Source of the DNA: an uncultured Poribacteria bacterium
GTDB taxonomy: Bacteria > Poribacteria > WGA-4E > WGA-3G
DNA: 64,000 bases
Direction of reading: 5' to 3'
Assembly (NCBI GenBank): GCA_958296135.2
Contig: CATQHZ020000001.1
Location: forward strand, 3,424,001-3,488,000
Shown here: one piece after another, positions 39,796 to 49,317 of the stretch
Layout of the letters: each line of letters opens with the position of its first letter
Position numbering within the stretch: position 1 is the first letter of the stretch
Notes under the pieces: model-generated
The model's database searches: none
The model's input: only the letters and a program-made list of their open reading frames with translations
What the model was told of the DNA's origin: nothing
Made by a program: the position numbers and the translations under genes

Positions 39796-41268
39796 CTACA
39801 TCGGGCCGACTCGCCGCGGTCCCCTATCCATGGCGAACATGGAGGCATCGAAACTGCGCTTCAACAACTCCAACCTGAGAGCCTGATTGTCCGGCGTATG
39901 CCAGAGGTTATCAAACTCACCCGGGTCTGCCGCCAAATCGTAGAGTTCCCCCTCTTCGTGCCCGTGATACACAACTAATTTGTAACGCTCATCGCGATAC
40001 ATCGTTGCGAAAGAGTGGTCTGGCAAGTTAACCGCGTCGTAGTATTCGCACCGGACGAAATCGCGGTGATGGTTTGCTTCGGCGGTGCCGGTGAGGATAG
40101 GCATGAGCGTTCTGCCTTGCATCCAGTCTGGCACCCGTAAACCCGCCGCTTCCAACAACGTCGGTGCTTTGTCAGTTAGTTCAACGAGCGCGTCGCTTTT
40201 CAGGCCGCTAGCGATTTGCCCCGGCCATGAGAAGATAAGCGGCACCCGCACGAGTCCCTCATAAAACCGGCACCCCTTTTGGATAAGCCCATGGTCGCCG
40301 AGGGTTTCACCGTGGTCGCTGGTGAAAATGATGAGCGTGTTGTCGCGCTGCCCTGTCTCCTCTAGCACCTCAAGCATCCGTCCGACTTGCTCATCAATGA
40401 GTTGGATCATCGCGTAATAGGCGGCTTTAAGGGTTTGTGCATCGCGACGCGGTTCTGGATTTGCCACATCATCGGGACGCGTTCCGGCGCGCGAAAGCGG
40501 CGCGTGCGGCAAGATCGGACTCCGAATGTCCAAATCGTCGGGGGGCCTGCCCTTGGATTGGAAATCGACATTTTGCAGCCGCCGCTGCTGCGCCAAATCG
40601 CTTTCCCGGAAGAGCGGCTGCGGCATCTCCGCCGGTTCAAACCGTTCGCGATGCGTCTGCGGCGGATTGAACGGCGGATGCGGATCGTAGATGTTAACAC
40701 TCGCCAGCCACGGCCCATCACGCTCCTCACGAATAAACTCAATCGTCTTCTCGGCGCACCACGTCGTCTGATGCAACTCGGCAGGCACGCCTCTTGCATC
40801 CTGCGTCAGTTCACCGAGGATATAACCCTTGGAACGCACCCAGTCTGCATAATCGTGTCCGACTTCCCAGTCATCGCGAGGCGCGTGGCTGTACTGCCAA
40901 TAGCGGTAACCGTCGTTCACCCTCGGTTCAACCCGCCGATACGCACTCGCGAGATGGAGTTTCCCGATGAGCCCGCAGTGGTATCCTGCCTCCATCAGCA
41001 TCCGCGTGACGAGCGGATATGTATCCGGAAAGACACTGTTACCGTTGCCATTTGCATGGACAGCACTCGGATACATGCCAGTGAGGAAACTGGCGCGACT
41101 CGGCGTGCAGATCGGGCTCTGGCAGTAGGCATGCGTAAAGGCGACCCCTTCTGCGACGAGGCTATCGATATTCGGCGTTGCGACGTGCGGATTGCCGAGC
41201 GCGCCGATGGTATCGTAACGCTGCTGATCTGTGCAAATCCAGAGGATGTTTGGCGTGTTGGTAGCCAT
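39796..41268 (-). CDS. Sulfatase
   Basis: PNILWICTDQQR, CTPSRAS (FGly motif), GKLH, SDHG. Confidence 0.95.
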   Translation of the reverse strand: MATNTPNILWICTDQQRYDTIGALGNPHVATPNIDSLVAEGVAFTHAYCQSPICTPSRASFLTGMYPSAVHANGNGNSVFPDTYPLVTRMLMEAGYHCGLIGKLHLASAYRRVEPRVNDGYRYWQYSHAPRDDWEVGHDYADWVRSKGYILGELTQDARGVPAELHQTTWCAEKTIEFIREERDGPWLASVNIYDPHPPFNPPQTHRERFEPAEMPQPLFRESDLAQQRRLQNVDFQSKGRPPDDLDIRSPILPHAPLSRAGTRPDDVANPEPRRDAQTLKAAYYAMIQLIDEQVGRMLEVLEETGQRDNTLIIFTSDHGETLGDHGLIQKGCRFYEGLVRVPLIFSWPGQIASGLKSDALVELTDKAPTLLEAAGLRVPDWMQGRTLMPILTGTAEANHHRDFVRCEYYDAVNLPDHSFATMYRDERYKLVVYHGHEEGELYDLAADPGEFDNLWHTPDNQALRLELLKRSFDASMFAMDRGPRRVGPM

Positions 41269-41286
41269 GATTCAGCCCCTTCGTTT

Positions 41287-41982
41287 CTATTCAAAAAACA
41301 GTGAGACCTCGCTGGAGAATCCCTCAACGACATCCTCGCCGGTGAGCGTATCGTCACGCTGGAGCAAAGTGATGTCTGTCTCTGAACGATACACCGTTAC
41401 CGTTTTCGCGGTAGGTTCAATAACCCAGACGAGGCGTGTGCCGGCTGCCAAGTAGTTGAACGCCTTTTCAACGATACGAGACAGCACATCTGATGGCGAA
41501 ACTACCTCTACCGCCAAGTCCGGCGGAATCGGTAACCCTTTCTTTTTGTCTCCCGTCAAGCGTTCCGTGGCAACAAATGCGACATCCGGCTTCGCGACCC
41601 GTTCACCGACTTGGAAGGTCGTATCCGCTGTATACACCTTGCCTAACCGATTTTCGCGAACGTGCAACCCTAACGGTAAAATGACGTTGACGCTAATTTC
41701 TCCGTGTTCCCTTGATGTACCGGGCATCAGCACTAATTCTCCTTTAACGTATTCATACCCCTCTACGTCGTTTTCAAGGAATTCCTCCAGCGTCATTTTG
41801 ATCTGCTCAGGCGGAACCCCTTCGTGCGCGAAGTGAGGCGGGATTGGATGCTTCGGTACCAATTTCCCCTCAACGTATTCATACCCCTCCACGTCGTTCT
41901 CAAGGAATTCCTCCAGCGTCATCGTGACATTTTCAGGCAGGGGTATTCCTTCCTCCGCGAGGCGGTGAATGTCAGTGTTCAT
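41287..41982 (-). CDS. Uma2 family PD-(D/E)XK nuclease-like protein with duplicated N-terminus
   Basis: KPDVAF, PDLAVEVVSPSD, VWVIEP; MTLEEFLENDVEGYEYV occurs twice. Confidence 0.9.
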   Translation of the reverse strand: MNTDIHRLAEEGIPLPENVTMTLEEFLENDVEGYEYVEGKLVPKHPIPPHFAHEGVPPEQIKMTLEEFLENDVEGYEYVKGELVLMPGTSREHGEISVNVILPLGLHVRENRLGKVYTADTTFQVGERVAKPDVAFVATERLTGDKKKGLPIPPDLAVEVVSPSDVLSRIVEKAFNYLAAGTRLVWVIEPTAKTVTVYRSETDITLLQRDDTLTGEDVVEGFSSEVSLFFE

Positions 41983-42048
41983 TTCTCATACCTCTCTATA
42001 AACCTGTCGTGCCTAACGGCACTATTATTCGGATATGGAACGCCTCAT

Positions 42049-43608
42049 TTACTTAGCGGTTGCGCTGAACCCTGTCGCCTTAACCACATCCGCCAAATCC
42101 GTGGCGGTGACAGCGTTCTTGCGCACCTTAATGACGGCCCGGTCTGGCAACGAAACTTCAACGCTGATAACGTCTTGGAGGTGTGTCAGTGCATCCTGCA
42201 CTTTCGCTACACACGCCCCTCACGTCATGCCGCTCACCGTTAAAACGACATCTTCGCTAGCGGAACCCTCTATCGGCACAGACATAAACGCCGCGATTAA
42301 TTTTGCAGCGCCCGGGTCGAAAATACGCACCTTGCCATCAAAACCGCCCGCGGCGAGTTGTGTGCCTGCCGGATGGAACGCCACGGCGAAAACGCCGACA
42401 GCATCACCGCGCATCGACGCGACGCGCGTGCCATCTGCCACGTTATAGACGCGCACTTCGCCCCCAGCATTGCCGGTAGCAAACAAACTCCCGTCTGCAG
42501 AAAACGCGACAGCCTCAATTGAACCAGATTGCGCCTCATAAGCCTTGATGAGGTTAAAGTCGGTGTTACCAACGTCCCGCCGGATTTCCCGGAAGATTTT
42601 GTAACGTCGTGGAATTCTGTCCTCGCCGCCGCTCAACACTTCGTCCGCCGAAGGATGCCGCGCGAGGGTATTTAGCTCGCCGTAACCCTTATTGCTGGAG
42701 TTGATGTCGTCAACGAAAGAACCGGTGTCTACCTCAACCAATTTGAGCGCGGTATCGCGCCCGCAACTCACAAAATGCGTGCCATCTGTCGAAAAAATTG
42801 TGCCGAAAACCCAGTCGCTGTGGTTATCAAATTTAACCAGCTCCTTCTCATCTGCAACAGAGAGCACGCGCACCGTCTTGTCGGAACACCCGAACGCGAC
42901 GCGACTCGCATCTGGTGAAAACGAAAGCCCATAAACTGTATCATAACTCGCACGAATCGACTTGACAAGCGTGTTCGTCGCCGTATCCCACAACTGCACC
43001 TCGCCGAATTGGGCCGGGGAGCCGCCGGCAACGCCCAAAAGGTTACCATCAACAGCATACGTGAGAGACTGAATGCGGCGCGCCTTGCCGACTAACCGCG
43101 CCTTCAATTCAAAATGCGTCGTGTCATACAACAGCACCTCGCGGACACCCGACACTGCCAACGTGCCGCCATCGGGCGAATACGCCAGCGCGGAAACGAC
43201 AGGCGGCACCGTGTAAACCGGATAATCTCCCTCGCCTAAATCGTCAACTTCCATCGGGGTATCGTCTTGCGCACCTGCCAGAATCCACTGCCGGAAGAGT
43301 GCCACTTCTTCCGCAGACAGCGGTTCTTGATTCTGTGGCATCGCAGGCTCATCGCCGGAAATCAGCTTGATGATGAGACTTACATCTGGCTTGCCGGGTA
43401 TGATTGCCTCGCCTGCCATGCCGCCGCGCGTGAGCTCGGCGTAGGTTGTCACAATCAAACCGCCGTTCGGATCGCCGGGATGGTGGCACCCTTGGCAACT
43501 CCGCTTGAGAATCGGGACAATCTGTGCGTGATAACTTACGTCTGCCCTAACTGACATCGCGATGAGACAGACGCAGCACACTAAAATCCCTACGCGCCAT
43601 ACCTTCAT
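42049..43608 (-). CDS. Planctomycete cytochrome c + WD40 + HMA-domain protein, probable selenoprotein (UGA at 42220-42222)
   Basis: Signal peptide, CQGCH, WD40 repeats; the frame continues past TGA as VSGMT-U-GACVAKVQDAL...ATGFSATAK* completing an HMA domain. Confidence 0.85.
42181..42214 (-). promoter_or_regulatory. Bacterial SECIS-like hairpin
   Basis: GUGUGU-AGCGAA-AGUGCA-GGA-UGCACU-G-ACACAC begins 5 nt after the UGA. Confidence 0.75.
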
Positions 43609-43657
43609 ATTGCGTTCTTTCCTCCACTTGGATTAGATAGCATTTTCCATTACATTA

Positions 43658-43687
43658 ATTATACCACAATTTGATACATAATTGCAA
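43658..43687 (-). promoter_or_regulatory. Sigma70-like promoter of the WD40/HMA gene
   Basis: TTGCAA-N18-TATAAT with TGTGG extension. Confidence 0.6.
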
Positions 43688-43704
43688 CAACTTTTTTCCC
43701 AACG

Positions 43705-44432
43705 GGGAAAACCTGTCCCTCGGTAGGAGAGACCTCCCGCGTCTCGATGTTCGGCACTTGTCCCCCGCGATCCCTCTCGATTGACCGCAGCATGGCGCAG
43801 CACAGGACCGCGCCCTACGGACTAAGGGCCCCTTCTACCGTAGCGCGGGGGCCTGTCCCCCGCGATCGTTCGATCCACACAAAAAACGCCCGAAGCCCCA
43901 GGACTTCGGCCATCTTCTCTGCAGATCGATGCATGGCGCGGCACAGGACCGCGCCCTACGGACTAAGGCCCCCTTCTACCGTAGCGCGGGGGCCTGTCCC
44001 CCGCGATCGTCCGAACCACACGAACCCCCCTCTCACCGTAGCGCGAGGGCCTGTCCCTCGCGATCTACCGACCTACACAAAAAACGCCCGAAGCCCCAGG
44101 ACTTCGGGCCTCTTCTCTGCAGATCGATGCATGGCGCGGCACAGGACCGCGCCCTACGGACTAAGGGCCCCTTTTAACCGAAGGGCCCTTTTCACCGTAG
44201 CGCGAGGGCCTGTCCCTCGCGATCGTTCGACCACACCAAAAACACCCGAAGCCCCGGGACTTCTCTGTAGGTCGATGCATGGCGCGGCACAGGACCGCGC
44301 CCTACGGTAGAAGGGGCCTTTTCACCGTCGCGCGAATGTCTATCCCTCGCGATCGCCCAACCCAAACGAAAACAGCCGCAGCCCCAAGGGACCACGGCCG
44401 TTTTCTACATGGCGAGGCACAGCCCCGCCCTA
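43705..44432. repeat. BIME-like mosaic of REP-like palindromes
   Basis: Alternating GCATGGCGCGGCACAGGACCGCGCCCTAC and GTAGCGCG(A/G)GGGCCTGTCCC(T/C)CGCGAT units with conserved linkers. Confidence 0.92.
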
Positions 44433-44435
44433 CAT

Positions 44436-47400
44436 CTATTTCGCCTGCTGCTTCACAGCACCGAACGTCGTCAGCATCCGATTGGCCGCAGAGACAGGCC
44501 CCCGCAACATCCGCGTCGCCAACGTCGCCGGCCGCCCATCAAACGCGACCTCCTCGATCTGATAGTAGTACTCAACACCCGGCTTCGCAGACGTATCCGT
44601 AAACGTATACGTCTGACGCTCACCCGTCGTGCCAGCACCCGCAATCAGCGCAGCATTCAGCAGCGTGAAACCACTGTCACGTTTTTCGCTGCGGCGCAAG
44701 TTGAAGCCAGCGTTGTCAACTTCAGACTCCGTCGTCCAGGTCACGACAACCGCACCGGCCTCCGTGCGAGACACGGTGAAACTTGACAACTCCACCGGCA
44801 AGGCACCGCCTTTCCGATACCCCGGCGTGCCGATATCCTCGGCATGCCCATAGTGGAGGGCTTCCACGGCGAGTCGCTTGAGGTTCGATGCCAGCGCCCA
44901 ACTCGCACGCTGCTTCCCTTTCAGTGCAACGCCGTTGTCGTAACGCCGAATCAGCGAGCTCCGAACACCTGCCTCGGCACTCACCGGCAACGCCCACGCC
45001 GGCGCATCCTTCGTCCGACGATTGCCATCGGTGTTGCCCACTTCGTCTATGAGGTTACCGTTGCTATCGGTAAGTTTCAGGTAGAAGCCTTCCGCGCTCA
45101 GGAACGTATCCCGCGCAGTCTTGATACGCAGATTCCTCGCATGCAATGCCAACAGGTTGTAAACCCGCTCCGCAGGAAATACCGTGCTTGACGATGCACG
45201 CGCAGGCCCCGCAACAATCAGCAGCGTCTGATTCGGTTGAATCACCTTCTCTTGCAACGTCAACGCCACAATCGGCCGCCCTACCAAGTCTTCCGAATCC
45301 ACATTCTGGAACTCCAGTTCCCACCGGTTCAGATTGAGTGCCTCGGTTTTGGATTTATTATACAGCTCTATCCACTGTGGCAGTGTGCCGCCACCCGAAT
45401 CAAACATCACTTCGCTGATGGTGATACTACCCTTCGGCGTAGCTGCTGCCGTTTTCACGGCACCATTCGGATACCCCGGTGTGCCTGCGGTGGCAGCAGA
45501 ATTCGCCACCTTCCTGTCATAGCCGATACCGGTGAACGCCGCTTCTGCCCAGGCATCTTTGTGGTAACCCACAATATCTGCCTTCGCGCGCTGCCACACC
45601 TTACCGGAGCCGAGGGCCCCTTCGGTATCACCACCGGGAGCTTCACGCACTTGCAACGGCCAGACGTATGTATCATAGTCACCCGTCTGCTCGCGAACGA
45701 ACGCATCCGTGTCACTGCCACCGCCACCGGCGACATCGACAAATGCCTCGTTCATACCGAGTTTCTCCTTCGCGTTCCGCAGAATCAACAGGAACTTCCC
45801 ATCGTCCGGCAACGCGAGCCCCGAGGCAACGAGATACTGATGCGGCGAACCTTTCTGCTCTACATCGGCCGTAGCGATATCATCGCCACCGGCGAGAGAC
45901 GTTTTCTCCGGCGAGGTACTCACCAGCAGCAACAGCCCATTCGCAGGCACGCTCACATCCGCGAAAACGTGGAGCGATGTATCTTCCTTTTGCCCATCGG
46001 CCACAACCGAGAGCTGATAGTCTTTCAAGGAGACAGCCGCGCCCGTGACATTCCGCAATTCCAGCCAGTCGTTTGCAGCACCGCTGCCATTGCCGAACTC
46101 GTTAAAAACAATCGGACTGCGAGGCACAGCAGACGCAGCAGCCTTCGGCGAAGTCTCCTCGGGGAAAAACGGCACAACCGGTATAACCGGTGTCTCCCGG
46201 ACGAGCTGCGGAATCTCACGTCCAGACGTATCTCGCAACGGCACCAGATCTGCAGGCGGCACCGAGGCCGGCGCAGCACCAGACGCAACAGCAGGAGCCG
46301 CTGTCCCAGACTGCTGCCCAGTCGGCGCACCTCGCGGCCCAGACAGCAATATCGTCCCTGCCGGCACCTGTGTCTGGACAGAGGGGACAGCCACCGACTC
46401 TACCACCGGATCCGTGGCTGCCACCGTATACGCGAAGGTGACTTTCGTCGAATTCGTGTCTTCCGCCGCCATCCAAACAGCATGCCGCGCATTGGCTAAC
46501 ACCTGTTCACCCAGATACAACACCACATACGGCGGGTTCGCCCCTTCATACCGCAGATGCTCCTGGGTATACGTCACCACCACTTCAATATTATCTCCGA
46601 GGGTATGGGCACCCGCGGGGGGCGCAACAATCTCCGGCGGTTCAACCACGCGCAACGGGGCAACCGGCACCGTTTGGACTACCGGCGGAACATCCGGGTC
46701 TAACGCCGGCACCGAGGCCGGCGCAGTGCCAGAACCCACCGCAGGCGCATCTGTCCCAGACTGCTGCCCATCAGCCGCACCTACCCCAAACAGCAATATT
46801 GTCCCTGCCGGCACCAGTATCTTGAAAGAGGGCACAGACACCGACTCTGCCACCGGATCCGTGGCTGCCAACGTATACGCGAAGGTCACCCGGGTCGAAG
46901 CCGCGTCTTCCGCCGCTGTCCAGACAGCATGCCGCGCATTTGCCGGCACCTGTTCGCCCAAATACAACACCACATACGGCGGGTTCGCCCCTTCATACCG
47001 CAGATGCTCCCAGACATACGTCCCCGCCACTTCAATATTATCTCCGACGGTATAGACACCGGCGGCGGGCGCAACAATCTCCGGCGTACCCACCACGCTA
47101 TCCACCGGCACCGTTAACGTATTCGATACCTTACTAAGGTTGCCCGCGATGTCCATTGTGGCACCGGCGGGAACCTGAATCGTCACATCGCCCTGAAACT
47201 CGCGGGCGGGCGTTATCCGCGCTTTGTAAACCAAGAATGATGCTGAATTCTTCGCATCACCGGGCGCATGCCCATCGGGAGGCGTCGTGTCACCATAATT
47301 CTGTGGTGCACGATGGTCGAGCCCGATGTAAACCGGGGTATCAATCGTCCAATCCAGCGAATTCCCAGCTGCATCGGTGATGACGATGTCTTCCGCGCCA

Positions 47401-48479
47401 AACGTCGTACCGATTTCCTCGGCGTTGGCACTCTTCGCTTTGTAATGGTTCGTAAAGCGGAATTCAACTTCAAACGCACCGCCCTGCGACACCGATTCCG
47501 TGACCCCTGCCATAAAATCTGTCACAGAGCCGGCACTGGGATCCAGGTTGACTATTGCGTTGCGTCGATCCTCGGTGTGCGTCCCCCCATTCTTTATCAA
47601 GCCAGGAATCCACACTGTCGCCGGGAAAGCATCCACAATGTGCTTGCCGACCCCGTAGGCGTATGCCTTAGCCCTGGTAACAGTATAGCCAGAATCAGCT
47701 TGTACCGGAGGACCGTACTCATAAGACACACCCCTCCAATCGGTGAGCGTAGGATCGTTAATCAGAAACGCCCGAAGCGGCGCTGAAACAAATTGACCAA
47801 AGTTATAATAAGTCCCTGTAGGAAACAAAAGGTCGGTGGAAGTAGTATAGTCTCTTATGTGCTTCGCACCTGATGGCAGAAGAGTGTTATGATCGGGATC
47901 AGCATGGGTATTATGCCACAGATTCTTGCCCACGAATTCGAGGTTATCGAGCTTGAGATCTTCCGCTCTCACGGTGTATCGAAAGGTGAGCGTTCTATCT
48001 CCGTCAGTCCTATCCGCATCGGTGAGTGTAAAATCCCAATCATTTGACACGAAATCGGGATGGCTACTGCTTTTGAAATTGGGCGGCCTCAGCGTCACAC
48101 CCTCATCGGCTGTGACAGGTTCCGCAAACGTCATCTGAATTTCAATGGTGTCGCCTACACCGTAATAGCCGACTTCCGGGCTGTTGGCCAAAGTCACCGC
48201 GTTCGGCCCGGTGGGAAGGGACCAGCCATGCGGGTGCACCAATGCGCATGCTGCCGTGTACGCGGCACCGTAGATGTTGTGATGTTCGAGACACTCTTGG
48301 CGCACCTTGTGATAGCGGGACTTGCCGGTATGGGGCGCGGTGCTAGAGTACTTCACCGGGAAAGTGTTTGCAGGTGCCAGTGCCGGCTGGGCACCTTGTG
48401 CGTCTATCGGTGTTCCGAGCATCGAAACTATCCCGATGCCAAACAGCAAACCTAAGAAAAAAATGGAATACTTTTTCAT
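44436..48479 (-). CDS. Large secreted protein with Ig-like and lamin-tail domains
   Basis: Signal peptide, IVFNEF..DWLEL and ITISEVM..QWIELYN (LTD), GTPGY, LPVELSSF, tail VSAANRMLTTFGAVK. Confidence 0.88.
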   Translation of the reverse strand: MKKYSIFFLGLLFGIGIVSMLGTPIDAQGAQPALAPANTFPVKYSSTAPHTGKSRYHKVRQECLEHHNIYGAAYTAACALVHPHGWSLPTGPNAVTLANSPEVGYYGVGDTIEIQMTFAEPVTADEGVTLRPPNFKSSSHPDFVSNDWDFTLTDADRTDGDRTLTFRYTVRAEDLKLDNLEFVGKNLWHNTHADPDHNTLLPSGAKHIRDYTTSTDLLFPTGTYYNFGQFVSAPLRAFLINDPTLTDWRGVSYEYGPPVQADSGYTVTRAKAYAYGVGKHIVDAFPATVWIPGLIKNGGTHTEDRRNAIVNLDPSAGSVTDFMAGVTESVSQGGAFEVEFRFTNHYKAKSANAEEIGTTFGAEDIVITDAAGNSLDWTIDTPVYIGLDHRAPQNYGDTTPPDGHAPGDAKNSASFLVYKARITPAREFQGDVTIQVPAGATMDIAGNLSKVSNTLTVPVDSVVGTPEIVAPAAGVYTVGDNIEVAGTYVWEHLRYEGANPPYVVLYLGEQVPANARHAVWTAAEDAASTRVTFAYTLAATDPVAESVSVPSFKILVPAGTILLFGVGAADGQQSGTDAPAVGSGTAPASVPALDPDVPPVVQTVPVAPLRVVEPPEIVAPPAGAHTLGDNIEVVVTYTQEHLRYEGANPPYVVLYLGEQVLANARHAVWMAAEDTNSTKVTFAYTVAATDPVVESVAVPSVQTQVPAGTILLSGPRGAPTGQQSGTAAPAVASGAAPASVPPADLVPLRDTSGREIPQLVRETPVIPVVPFFPEETSPKAAASAVPRSPIVFNEFGNGSGAANDWLELRNVTGAAVSLKDYQLSVVADGQKEDTSLHVFADVSVPANGLLLLVSTSPEKTSLAGGDDIATADVEQKGSPHQYLVASGLALPDDGKFLLILRNAKEKLGMNEAFVDVAGGGGSDTDAFVREQTGDYDTYVWPLQVREAPGGDTEGALGSGKVWQRAKADIVGYHKDAWAEAAFTGIGYDRKVANSAATAGTPGYPNGAVKTAAATPKGSITISEVMFDSGGGTLPQWIELYNKSKTEALNLNRWELEFQNVDSEDLVGRPIVALTLQEKVIQPNQTLLIVAGPARASSSTVFPAERVYNLLALHARNLRIKTARDTFLSAEGFYLKLTDSNGNLIDEVGNTDGNRRTKDAPAWALPVSAEAGVRSSLIRRYDNGVALKGKQRASWALASNLKRLAVEALHYGHAEDIGTPGYRKGGALPVELSSFTVSRTEAGAVVVTWTTESEVDNAGFNLRRSEKRDSGFTLLNAALIAGAGTTGERQTYTFTDTSAKPGVEYYYQIEEVAFDGRPATLATRMLRGPVSAANRMLTTFGAVKQQAK
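46250..47087. repeat. Intragenic duplication of a ~149-codon module
   Basis: PEIVAP..GDNIEV..EHLRYEGANPPYVVLYLGEQV.ANARHAVW occurs twice, about 447-450 bp apart, near-identical in DNA. Confidence 0.9.
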
Positions 48480-48640
48480 AGGAAATTTCTCCTCTTAGAA
48501 AAATGAATTGAATAAAGGGTTTCAGCCGCCCTGATTGCGGCGGCAATGTTGTGAAAAGTTCACAAACGAAATCGGGAGAGCCGCCTCCGTCGCCGCCGGC
48601 ACTGAGGGCAGAACAAGAGCACCGTGGTACCCACCCCACG

Positions 48641-49101
48641 GTGCTCCCGTCCTGGCTCTGCATTCCAACGTGGGAGAGAGAATTTCCCAGTACAACGCTT
48701 GTGAGCCCTGAAAAGCCAACGGTGAGTCAGGGTCGGTAGCGTGCGACGCGAAGAGCCCCTTGGAGGGGTTCCCAGGATGGGACTCCAAGCGGCATTGTGA
48801 GTCGCGCGCGCGAACCGGGTAGCGCGCGGCAAACGCGCGCTGGGGATCGTGTTGGCATTCAGAGCGGGGATATCCCCCCGGAGCCCCTTCCTGCCGAGAG
48901 CGGCAAGAGTTAACAGGCGTAAAGTAATGGGGGGGGGTGATCCGGTCTAGGGCATCATCAACGGGAGGCGCAAACGTGGATACGGCGCGCAGCCGCGGTG
49001 GCTGCTGCGTCGCTTTCCCAGAGATCTGCAGACGAATCGGATAAGCCGCGCGGAATTGAGTGTTCACGTTCGTGCTCCTTTTTCGTAGCGTCGAATTTCA
49101 T
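48641..49101 (+). ncRNA. ORF-less group II intron-like RNA (IIC-like, degenerate D5/D6)
   Basis: GTGCT start, D1-closing pairs GCTCTG/CAGAGC and CCAAC/GTTGG, D3-like GCGT-AAAGTA...GGAGGCGC, D5-like AAGC...AC bulge at 49043-49077. Confidence 0.5.
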
Positions 49102-49124
49102 GCCCCAAATCGATGATATAATAT

Positions 49125-49278
49125 AATATACCACATTTTTGCACGTTTGTCAACTTAAAAATGTGATTTTAACGCGCAATAATGAGCATATCTATATAAT
49201 ATACCATATTTTCGCGTTTTTGTCAACTTAAAATTGCGAATTCCTTTAAATTCTATCATTTTTTAACATTTTTGTCAA
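49125..49278 (-). promoter_or_regulatory. Three tandem sigma70 promoters
   Basis: TTGACA-N17-TATATT (twice) and TTGACA-N17-TAGAAT. Confidence 0.7.
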
Positions 49279-49317
49279 GAATTTTTTTTGCGACTTAAAA
49301 CGGCCCTGCAAGAAAGG

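Noticed and set aside
43747-44310. ORFs within repeat arrays (also 1821-2006 and 49325-50426)
   Set aside because: They are translations of REP units (VARGPVPRD, SRPGGLSY) with no RBS or domain signal
48522-49067. 181-aa minus-strand ORF or a cobalamin riboswitch in the leader
   Set aside because: The ORF has no recognisable features; only fragments (ACTGGGAA, AGCCAGGA) resemble a B12 element, and G-U pairs favour a plus-strand structure
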